From: Candidatus Woesearchaeota archaeon
Lineage (GTDB): Archaea; Nanobdellota; Nanobdellia; Woesearchaeales; SM23-78
Assembly: GCA_016933095.1 (NCBI GenBank)
Contig: JAFGBP010000064.1
Location: 1 to 15,872 of the forward strand
Reading direction: 5' to 3'
DNA length: 15,872 bases
A program made the translations under genes and the position numbers. Positions 6,012 to 13,282 of the stretch are shown here, in pieces. The notes under the pieces are model-generated. The model saw only the letters and a program-made list of their open reading frames with translations, was not told where the DNA came from and ran no database searches. How positions within the stretch are numbered: position 1 is the stretch's first letter; each line of letters starts with the position of its first letter.

Positions 6012-6584
6012 ATGCATAGGGTTAGCTATGATGAAGCGATGGCAAAGCCAAGTTTGCGACAGGCATATCTGGATAGTTTGGGCTGGGAAAGAGTTATGCC
6101 TTGGGTCGGTTCGGTGAGGTATAACATTAGCCAGTTGGAAGGCGAGGGCCGAATGTATGTGGATACACGCGCATTCCAGAAGAGTCAGGGCACAAATTCA
6201 ATGGATACCAAAAACCCTAAGGTCCAGTTCGCTCCGATACATGTAAATCCCAAGGCATTTCATGAGGAGGTCTATCCGTTTGAAGATGACTTCCTATGCG
6301 CGCTCATACATCACGAAGGCTATCATGCAAGGGAGATGCATTATGCAGGAGATTTCTTCTGGAAAATGCCTACGAACTCCTCTTTCTCGAACAAGCATCT
6401 CCATATGCTGTTATGTGAATACAGGGCTTATAGCAATGAGTATCTTCATCTGAAACCTGAAAATTCAGAATTATATGTGAAAGAAATAACTCAGATATTG
6501 GACTTGATCCCGTTGATTATACGAGAGCATGTAACAGAGAAGGAAGCCCAACAATTATTGCTTGAACACAAGCCGCTCTGGTAA
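6012..6584 (+). CDS. Hypothetical 190-aa protein with an HExxH (HEGYH) metallopeptidase-like motif
   Basis: I prefer the ATG at 6012 (MHRVSYDEAMAK...). The track start at 5817 and the ATG at 5955 both lie inside or on the divergent methyltransferase gene. HEGYH is encoded at 6312-6326, followed by REMHY. No family recognised. Confidence 0.6.
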   Translation: MHRVSYDEAMAKPSLRQAYLDSLGWERVMPWVGSVRYNISQLEGEGRMYVDTRAFQKSQGTNSMDTKNPKVQFAPIHVNPKAFHEEVYPFEDDFLCALIHHEGYHAREMHYAGDFFWKMPTNSSFSNKHLHMLLCEYRAYSNEYLHLKPENSELYVKEITQILDLIPLIIREHVTEKEAQQLLLEHKPLW

Positions 6585-6598
6585 AATGCCCGACTTAC

Positions 6599-7192
6599 TC
6601 ATGACAAACCTTCCTTGTAGCAGATACAAGGCAAATCCCTATATTTTCCATCCAGGTCAAGCCCGAATCCTATCACGAAGAGGTTGTCGATTTGCTGTCG
6701 ACAGTAATCCGGCGTCAAGCCTTTCACCTGCCTTCTGGAGGGCTTGTCAAGAAGCGATGCGACCTTAACCTCTGACGCTCCCTTGTGCTCCAGAAGATAG
6801 CTCTTCAGGAAAGCGATCGTCCGACCGGTATCCACTATGTCTTCGAGCAGCAGGACCTTTCGTCCTCGGAGGTCTCCTTTCACGTCATCGCGCAGGTCTA
6901 TGAATCCGGATGACTGAGTGGCCTCGTAGCTCTTTACCCTGATGTACTCCATCTCAGGGAAGAGGTCTATCTTGTTGGTTTCCTGAATAAACCTTTCTGC
7001 AAATGGCTTGGCCCCATGAAGTATCGCGATAAGATAAGGATATTCTTGCCAGAAGTTATCCGTGGCAATATCAAGAGCAAGACCCCTGACAATCCTGTTG
7101 ACCCTCCTCGGCTGGATAAGCACCTTAAATCCTTGCGATGTTAAGTCTGCTGGCAGAGCATACTCGCTCGCCATGCCCGCGTAAACGCTCAT
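6599..7192 (-). CDS. hpt: Hypoxanthine(-guanine) phosphoribosyltransferase
   Basis: PRPP-binding loop VLLLEDIVDTGRTIAFL and the Hpt-typical C-terminal block FVIGFGLDLDGKYRDLPCICY. The ATG at 7190-7192 overlaps the TGA of the upstream gene (ATGA). Confidence 0.88.
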   Translation of the reverse strand: MSVYAGMASEYALPADLTSQGFKVLIQPRRVNRIVRGLALDIATDNFWQEYPYLIAILHGAKPFAERFIQETNKIDLFPEMEYIRVKSYEATQSSGFIDLRDDVKGDLRGRKVLLLEDIVDTGRTIAFLKSYLLEHKGASEVKVASLLDKPSRRQVKGLTPDYCRQQIDNLFVIGFGLDLDGKYRDLPCICYKEGLS

Positions 7193-8334
7193 AGTTCCAC
7201 CACTACCTTTCCGGTCTTGCCGTCGATATCCTTAATTATCTTATGATCCTTATATTTCTTCTTAAGCTCGTCCCAACCCATCTTCTTCCTGTCAGCGTTT
7301 ATCGCGTCAAGCGCTTCCTTGACATCGGTGTAGTGCTCGTATATGAGTTCTCCTTTGCGCTGGTTGTCAGCAACTCCTTTCTCAAGGGCTGCGAGCCGCT
7401 CCTCCTGCTTCCGGATGATCACCGAGAGCTTATCCTCCTTGCCCTTCTTCTCCTTGGCCTCGCGCTCCTCGCTGGCAGAGTGCATCTTGTCAGTCAAGAC
7501 GTCGTCAAGCGCCTTGTTGAAAGAATCATAAGCTTTCGTGAGAGCGAGCCCTGTCTTGATCGGGAGCACGTGGCCCTCAAAGACGTTCGCCTCTATATTC
7601 TCACCAATCATCTCTTTCAGCTTATCATAAGCCTTCTTTGAATCAGCCGCGCCTAGATCAATCTTGTTCTTGTCGATGCCGGCGCGCCTGCAAAGCTCCT
7701 CTGCATACACTCCTCCGAGGCTGAGGTCCATTGCAAACACCTTCACGATGGAATCCCGTTTTGCATTCCCGAGCGTCTTCTTGAAATCATCAAACGAAAG
7801 ATCAGGCGTGTCTGTCTGGGCAGGAGGATACTCGTACTTCGCTCCTCCACGGATAGTCCTCGCCTCCCAGCTCTGGCTCTCGAGCAGGCCTTTGATCTTC
7901 CCGTCGGGAGAGAGGAGTATCATGTTTCCTTTGCTGAAGAGCTCGCACACGAGCGTCAGGTCCATCATCTCGCCTTCGCTTCCAACCGCCCCTGTCTTCG
8001 CATCTTTCTGCTTCACCTCGAACACGATCTCAAGAATCCTCTCAAAGCCCTTCTGACGCACCTCCTTGACCCTTGCATTCCCGAGGTATTTCCTGAGGAA
8101 CGTGCAGAACCCTGGCGGCCTCTCAGGGAAAGAAGACTTGTACTCTGTAAGGTAAGCGGCGCTCGGGAGCTTGACTCGAAGCATCATCTTTCCCGTTCCG
8201 GTCTTGTGGAATATGAAGAGGAAATCCTTAATATCCTCTTCCTGCTCGTAGATCTTATCGACCCTTGCACCCTCCAAGCCTTTCAGCTCCCTGACAAGGA
8301 AATGCAGGTCCAGGGATGAGATTTCTGTCTTCAT
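7189..8334 (-). CDS. NFACT-family protein (RqcH/FbpA-like): NFACT-N + HhH + coiled coil, with no NFACT-R/C region
   Basis: N-terminus MKTEISSLDLHFLVRELKGLEGARVDKIYEQ is typical of NFACT-N. HhH-like LGGVYAEELCRRAGID. A charged coiled-coil segment (EEREAKEKKGKEDKLSVIIRKQEERLAALEKGVADNQRKGE) follows. The protein ends at 381 aa, where hpt starts. Confidence 0.8.
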   Translation of the reverse strand: MKTEISSLDLHFLVRELKGLEGARVDKIYEQEEDIKDFLFIFHKTGTGKMMLRVKLPSAAYLTEYKSSFPERPPGFCTFLRKYLGNARVKEVRQKGFERILEIVFEVKQKDAKTGAVGSEGEMMDLTLVCELFSKGNMILLSPDGKIKGLLESQSWEARTIRGGAKYEYPPAQTDTPDLSFDDFKKTLGNAKRDSIVKVFAMDLSLGGVYAEELCRRAGIDKNKIDLGAADSKKAYDKLKEMIGENIEANVFEGHVLPIKTGLALTKAYDSFNKALDDVLTDKMHSASEEREAKEKKGKEDKLSVIIRKQEERLAALEKGVADNQRKGELIYEHYTDVKEALDAINADRKKMGWDELKKKYKDHKIIKDIDGKTGKVVVEL

Positions 8335-9317
8335 CTTGCGTTCCTTCCGGTGAGCTCTTCAGGATAATAGCTTATCTTATGCTCCTTGAACACGACGATC
8401 GATTCGTAAATCTTTATCACGTCAGGGTATGACTCCCTCAACGTCTGCAGTATCTGACGGAACTCATCGTTGCTCCTGACATGGATGTCAACCATCAGGT
8501 TATAGAGCCCGATGGTCCTGGTGAGATAGTAAACGTTTTTATGATTTTCGCAGAATGAGAAGAATTCCTTCTTCCTTCGCTCTGAGACTGGCTGGAGCTT
8601 AAGCAGGAGCAGATGCCATTCATATCCCATGCTTGCCACGTCAAGCCTCACCTTATACCCCAGGAGGAGATTCTGTTTCTTCATGGCCTTTATCCTGTAG
8701 GACGCGACGTACATTGGTATCCTCGTAGTCTTCTCTATATCTGTGAGGCTGATCCTTGCATTCGATGATAAGGCCTTGATGAGCGCCAGGCTCGTGGTGT
8801 CCAGCTGGACCTTCTCCTTATTCTCTTCCTGCAAGATCTTGGAGTCAGTGCTTCTTGAGACGAACTTGTAGCTTATGTGTTCGCTCTTAAGCAACATAGT
8901 GAAGTTATAGTCATGCAGGGAATCCCCGAAAAGTTCTATTATCTGAGTCAGATGATGGTCGAATTTCTCCAGGGTGTCTGCGTATATTAGGAGGCACACA
9001 TCCCATCTTCCAATCCCAGTCATGAGCCAGCCGACATAGTCCAGGGTCTCGAGTTTTTTCATGTATTCCTTCTCCTTGGTGGAGGTTATCTTCTCGAGCT
9101 GGATGAACACATAATAGGAGTTGAATCCCATCCTTGATATGTCGAATGTCGTGTAGAATTGAGAGATGACTCCTTTGTCTACCAGGTTGTTTATCCTATA
9201 GTTCACTACTTGCTTGCTAAGTCCGATCTTCTTTGCGATTTGGGAGTCTGGCTGGCGAGAGTCCTTGTCAAGTTCGGCCAGGATTCTCATATCTTTCTTA
9301 GATAATTTCTCTACCAC
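8331..9317 (-). CDS. Tandem (internally duplicated) Lrp/AsnC-type protein: two HTH + effector-domain units in one chain
   Basis: Unit 1 is MRILAELDKDSRQPDSQIAKKIGLSKQVVNYRINNLVDKGVISQF. Unit 2 is LALIKALSSNARISLTDIEKTTRIPMYVASYRIKAMKKQNLLLGY. Each is followed by an alpha/beta module of about 80 aa. GTG start at 9317 with GGAG 9 nt upstream. The stop overlaps the NFACT ATG (ATGA). Confidence 0.78.
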   Translation of the reverse strand: MVEKLSKKDMRILAELDKDSRQPDSQIAKKIGLSKQVVNYRINNLVDKGVISQFYTTFDISRMGFNSYYVFIQLEKITSTKEKEYMKKLETLDYVGWLMTGIGRWDVCLLIYADTLEKFDHHLTQIIELFGDSLHDYNFTMLLKSEHISYKFVSRSTDSKILQEENKEKVQLDTTSLALIKALSSNARISLTDIEKTTRIPMYVASYRIKAMKKQNLLLGYKVRLDVASMGYEWHLLLLKLQPVSERRKKEFFSFCENHKNVYYLTRTIGLYNLMVDIHVRSNDEFRQILQTLRESYPDVIKIYESIVVFKEHKISYYPEELTGRNAR

Positions 9318-9330
9318 AAATATTTACTCC

Positions 9331-9393
9331 ATAATAATCATTTATATATTTTTCTAAAATTGTCAAATAATTATCTCAAAAGTATTTAATATT
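9331..9393. promoter_or_regulatory. AT-rich divergent promoter region with TATA-like boxes for the Lrp operon (minus) and the small plus-strand ORF
   Basis: tttatatatt at 9341-9350 is about 28 nt from the GTG at 9317. tatttaatatt at 9383-9393 faces the plus-strand ORFs starting at 9410/9471. Confidence 0.4.
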
Positions 9394-9470
9394 CAAGAGA
9401 GCATAGAATATGAGAGACGAATGCATGCAAAGCAAGGCATGCGGCAAGGCGAAGACCGGAGGAATGCAAG

Positions 9471-9740
9471 ATGAGCTTGGAAGGAAGAATATACCGGGAG
9501 AGACTAATGAAAGAAGCAAAGCTAGGCGTGCAGCTCGAGAAGAAACTGTCCTGCGCAATCGCAGGTGTCCTTAAAGAATATGGCATCAGCGGTCCGTACA
9601 TGTTCAACGTTTACAGGGACGAGAATTACTGCCAAAAGCCAATCTACAAGATCAAAAACAAGACATTGTCAATACCGCAATGGTGCCTGGGCTCAGGCAG
9701 CTCCCAAGTAGATGACCCTGCAAGAATAACCCCAATATAG
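9471..9740 (+). CDS. Hypothetical 89-aa protein
   Basis: ATG at 9471 preceded by GGAGG (9458-9462) with an 8-nt spacer. Ordinary globular-looking composition and no family recognised. A competing 54-codon ORF (9410-9574, other frame) overlaps its 5' end. Confidence 0.45.
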   Translation: MSLEGRIYRERLMKEAKLGVQLEKKLSCAIAGVLKEYGISGPYMFNVYRDENYCQKPIYKIKNKTLSIPQWCLGSGSSQVDDPARITPI

Positions 9741-9761
9741 AGCTGAGAAGAATAAGTGAAA

Positions 9762-11525
9762 TTACTTCACCGTGACGCTCTTCGCCAGGTTCCTTGGCTT
9801 GTCAATCTCCCTCCCGAGCGCTTCAGCGACATAATAAGCCAGGAGCTGTCCTGCGACGCATGCGAGTATGCCGAACTTGCCGTCGTTGTCAGTGTCGATG
9901 AATACGGTGTTCTTCGCGCTGCCCCGGCACTGCGAGGCATTATTGGTTATGGTGATGATCTCAGCCCCGCGGGCCTCCACTTCCTTGGTGTTGGATACCA
10001 TGTCTTCGTCGTTGCATCCTATGAGGCTGATGACCGGGGTTCCCTTGTCGATCAGCGCAATCGTGCCGTGCTTGAGCTCGCCGCCCATCATGCCTTCTGC
10101 GTGCATGTAGGTTATCTCCTTGACCTTCAGGGCGATCTCTCTTGCAACAGGGTAGGTCTGGCCACGTCCCAGGACGTACGCGTCTCTTGAACTGGAGACT
10201 TGCTTTGCAATCCTCTTGATATCGTCTTTTTGCGAGAATATGCCTTTTATCTTCTCTCCGAGATTCGAGAGGTTGACTTTGTATCCGAATTCCTGCGCAA
10301 GGCGCAGCAGCAGGACTGATTGGTTGACGAAAGCCTTTGTGCTAGCGACCGCAACTTCCTGGCCTGCAAGTATGTTAAGCGAGAGAGCGCTCATCCTCTG
10401 GATCGTTGAGTAAGGCACGTTCACAAGGCTGACTATGGTCGCCTTCTTCTCCTGAGCGTATTTGAGGGCGTCGATGACGTCCATCGTCTCTCCGCTCTGG
10501 CTGATCGCGATGACCAAGGTATCCTTGTCCACGTTCGCGTAGTGCTTGAACTCAGACGCTATGAGGGTCTGGGCTTCTATACCTGTCGTGTGCAGGTAGA
10601 ACGCTCCCAGGAGCGAGGCGTGGTAGCTTGTGCCGCACGCCGCGAAGATTATCTTCCTGGACTTCTTGACAAGCGAGACCAGCTTCTTGAACTGGTCCTT
10701 CTGCTCGTGGTCGAGCGACAACAGCATTCTCGACACAACCAAGGGTTCTTCCTCGATCTCCTTGATCATGAAGTGCTTGTAGTCCTTCTTCTTTCCCTCT
10801 TCCTGGTTCCATTCAAAGGATTGGACCTTCTTCTTGATCAGGGACCCCTTGGCGTCGTAGAACTCGTATGCGCCCGCCTCTACCACTGCGAACTCGTCGT
10901 TCTCGAAGAACACTGCCTTGTCTGTGATGTCTGAGAACGCATAGATGTCTGAGGCCAGGATGTGCTTCTGTATCTGCTTTGCCCCTGCCTTCTTCCCTTC
11001 GCATATCCCTAACACGAGAGGGGAATCCCTCTTGATCGCGTATATCTTATCTTCTCCCTTGATCATCATGAGGATGGCGAAGGTGCCTGAGACTTCCTTG
11101 AGGAAGTCTGAGATGGCTTTCTTCACGCCCTTGCCTTGCTTGATCTTCTCCTCGAAGTAGTGCGCCACCACTTCAGAGTCGGTCTCTGACCTGAACTTGT
11201 GGCCCTGGCGTTCTAGGATGGTCTTTAGCTCCCAATAGTTCTCTATGATGCCATTGTGGGCAATGATAACCTCTCCGTTGCAGGACTCGTGAGGATGAGC
11301 ATTCGCCCGGGTCACGCCTCCGTGAGTGGACCATCGGGTGTGCGCTATCCCAATCCTCGTCAACGACAACCCTTCAGCCTTTATGGCACCGAGGCTCTTC
11401 ACTGTCTTCCTTGAGTCGGAATATCCATATGAGTCATATCCGCGGTATTCAAGCCTCTTCAGTCTCTCCAGAAGAAAACTGACCTTGAAATCGATTCCCG
11501 ATACGACACCTATTATACCGCACAT
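9762..11525 (-). CDS. glmS: Glutamine--fructose-6-phosphate aminotransferase (isomerising)
   Basis: Start set at the ATG at 11525, so the protein begins MCGIIG (the obligatory N-terminal Cys nucleophile). The track start at 11531 is a TTG two codons upstream. Has an Ntn amidotransferase domain plus two SIS domains, and a C-terminus ...NLAKSVTVK. Confidence 0.93.
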   Translation of the reverse strand: MCGIIGVVSGIDFKVSFLLERLKRLEYRGYDSYGYSDSRKTVKSLGAIKAEGLSLTRIGIAHTRWSTHGGVTRANAHPHESCNGEVIIAHNGIIENYWELKTILERQGHKFRSETDSEVVAHYFEEKIKQGKGVKKAISDFLKEVSGTFAILMMIKGEDKIYAIKRDSPLVLGICEGKKAGAKQIQKHILASDIYAFSDITDKAVFFENDEFAVVEAGAYEFYDAKGSLIKKKVQSFEWNQEEGKKKDYKHFMIKEIEEEPLVVSRMLLSLDHEQKDQFKKLVSLVKKSRKIIFAACGTSYHASLLGAFYLHTTGIEAQTLIASEFKHYANVDKDTLVIAISQSGETMDVIDALKYAQEKKATIVSLVNVPYSTIQRMSALSLNILAGQEVAVASTKAFVNQSVLLLRLAQEFGYKVNLSNLGEKIKGIFSQKDDIKRIAKQVSSSRDAYVLGRGQTYPVAREIALKVKEITYMHAEGMMGGELKHGTIALIDKGTPVISLIGCNDEDMVSNTKEVEARGAEIITITNNASQCRGSAKNTVFIDTDNDGKFGILACVAGQLLAYYVAEALGREIDKPRNLAKSVTVK

Positions 11526-11585
11526 ATTCAATCATCTTGAATTACAGCGCGCATCACACAACGCGCCACACGCCTGTAGTCTGCA

Positions 11586-12212
11586 TCAATCATAGACGGC
11601 AATTATTCCTTTGAGTTCTGAAAGCTCTTTGATCTTGTAGTCGCACTCTGCTTCCCGCATGCCCTTGTGCCTAAGGATCTGCACCGTCACCATGCCGAGG
11701 TTCCGTCCTCCAAGGATCTCAGAGTCCGGGTTGTCCCCTATTATCATCACTTCTTTTGGCTGGAGAGAAGATTCCTCCATGAGCGTCTTGAAGATCATCT
11801 CCTTGTTCTTGGGATCGCTCGAGTCGTCGATTATCACCTGCTCGAAATAATCCCTTATCTTCAGGAGGTCAACCTTTGCCTGCTGGACCTTAGGAACTCC
11901 GGACGTCACGAGTATCTTCTTGCCTGGAAGCTTAAGGAGAAGCTTTGCATCATCGTAAGGCTTGATGTGGCTCATGTCCATGAACTCGTAAGCCTCCATG
12001 CCGATGTGGATGACGTCGGCGTTAAGGCCTAGCTGACTCGCCAATATCTTGAAGCCGGTGAAAGCATACCTTTCACGAAGCTGGTTCTCCTGCTCCTCAG
12101 TCATGCCGGCCTCGCGCATCCTCCTGAACATCTCTCCCAGGACAGGCTTGCTAAGCTGGTTGTAGGTATCAAAGAGCGTGTTGTCCAGGTCGAATATCAT
12201 CATCTTTATCAA
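11586..12212 (-). CDS. HAD-superfamily hydrolase/phosphatase
   Basis: Motif I FDLDNTLFD (DxDxT), motif II LVTSG, motif IV IGDNPDSE. The start is either the TTG at 12212 (GGTGA 5 nt upstream) or the ATG at 12203 (MMIFDLD...). Confidence 0.8.
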   Translation of the reverse strand: MIKMMIFDLDNTLFDTYNQLSKPVLGEMFRRMREAGMTEEQENQLRERYAFTGFKILASQLGLNADVIHIGMEAYEFMDMSHIKPYDDAKLLLKLPGKKILVTSGVPKVQQAKVDLLKIRDYFEQVIIDDSSDPKNKEMIFKTLMEESSLQPKEVMIIGDNPDSEILGGRNLGMVTVQILRHKGMREAECDYKIKELSELKGIIAVYD

Positions 12213-12237
12213 TCAAATCACCCCAGCTCTTTGGAAA

Positions 12238-13197
12238 TCATATCCTGACTATCACGTCTGCCAGCTTGTCAGAGTCATGCCTTGCAAGGTTGCCCTCATC
12301 TAATAAGTCTGCCTTCACAACCTTTACAGGCCCCGAGCCCTTTGCTTTGGAATGCAGGACTGGCATTATGAAAGATGACCCTTCGTCCTCGTAGGGCTTG
12401 AGGGTCTTGGCGTGAGGCTTCTTGTCGTTGAGAAGCACGCAGTCCAAGACCCCTTTTCCAGCGTATTTCTCCACCTCTTTCAGGAAGTCATCCGCTGAGA
12501 AGTTAGTGGTCTCGCCGTACTTGTTCATTATGTTGCAGACGAATATCTTCTTGGCCTTTGTCTCTGTCAAGGCGTTCTTTATTCCTGAGATGAGCACGTT
12601 TGCCAAGACGCTGGTATACAAGTCTCCGGGGCCTATCACGACCTTGTCAGCCTCTAGTATCGCCTTGACTGCGTCAGGGTTGGCCCTGGGCTTCGGGACT
12701 ATGAAAAGCTTCTTTATCTTAAGGTCGGGGTTGTGCTTTGGGATGTCGATGTTGGTCTCGCTCACGACGACCTGCCCGTTCTCCAGGACTGCTCCGATGT
12801 GGGCGTGGACGAGCGTCACAGGAATCACCCTTCCCTTGATGCTCAAAAGCCTTGAAGCTTCTATTATCGCATCCTTCTCGTTGCCGGCAATGTCCCTTAT
12901 GGCTGTGAGGAGCAGGTTCCCGAGACTATGCCCGCCGACGCCTCCCTTCTCGAACCTGTACTCGAATAGCTTTCTCAGGAAAGAAGAATCCTCACTTAAG
13001 GCTATCAAGCATCGCCTCATGTCTCCCTGAGGAAGATAGCCGTACTCGTCGCGAAGCTTGCCTGCGGATCCGCCGGAGTCCATCATAGAGACGACTGCGG
13101 TTATCTCAACGTCATGCTTCTTGAGGCCCCTCAGGACAGTATAAGACCCAGTGCCTCCGCCGATGACTACGATCCTCTGCTTCTCCGGCTTTGCCAT
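12238..13197 (-). CDS. YvcK/GlmR-type (UPF0052, CofD-like fold) protein
   Basis: RIVVIGGGTGSYTVLRGLKK and VVSMMDSGGSAGKLRDEYGYLPQGDMRRCLIALSE closely follow the YvcK-family N-terminal pattern rather than the CofD one. 319 aa is the family-typical length. ATG at 13197. Confidence 0.83.
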   Translation of the reverse strand: MAKPEKQRIVVIGGGTGSYTVLRGLKKHDVEITAVVSMMDSGGSAGKLRDEYGYLPQGDMRRCLIALSEDSSFLRKLFEYRFEKGGVGGHSLGNLLLTAIRDIAGNEKDAIIEASRLLSIKGRVIPVTLVHAHIGAVLENGQVVVSETNIDIPKHNPDLKIKKLFIVPKPRANPDAVKAILEADKVVIGPGDLYTSVLANVLISGIKNALTETKAKKIFVCNIMNKYGETTNFSADDFLKEVEKYAGKGVLDCVLLNDKKPHAKTLKPYEDEGSSFIMPVLHSKAKGSGPVKVVKADLLDEGNLARHDSDKLADVIVRI

Positions 13198-13220
13198 TGG
13201 TATAAAGAGTAGCCAGGATG

Positions 13221-13229
13221 ATTTATAAG
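13221..13229 (-). promoter_or_regulatory. TATA-like box upstream of the YvcK-like/HAD/glmS cluster
   Basis: atttataag (minus strand CTTATAAAT) is centred about 28 nt upstream of the ATG at 13197. No SD lies in between. Confidence 0.45.
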
Positions 13230-13282
13230 TTTAGTGAAAACTTGTTCCACAAAGAACGGGTCGTAAAGAAAGTTTTGCGTTC

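Noticed and set aside
6599-7192. PRTase-domain protein as a defence effector (retron or other anti-phage systems use PRTase-like effectors)
   Set aside because: The sequence has the full canonical Hpt signature, including the C-terminal FVIGFGLDLDGKYRDLPCI block. No reverse transcriptase, ncRNA repeats or other defence partners adjoin it.
11526-11531. TTG start giving MNMCGIIG for glmS
   Set aside because: GlmS-type Ntn amidotransferases require Cys as the first residue after Met removal. The ATG at 11525 gives MCGIIG.
12422-13030. Long antisense ORFs inside real genes: 202 aa here, and also 235-672, 1553-1990, 2643-3074, 7243-7641, 7664-8056, 9756-10190, 10542-10934 and 15168-15602
   Set aside because: Each lies wholly within a motif-supported gene on the opposite strand. 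They have Ser/Leu/Arg/Pro-rich shadow-frame composition and lack start-site signals, so they are typical codon-bias shadows.
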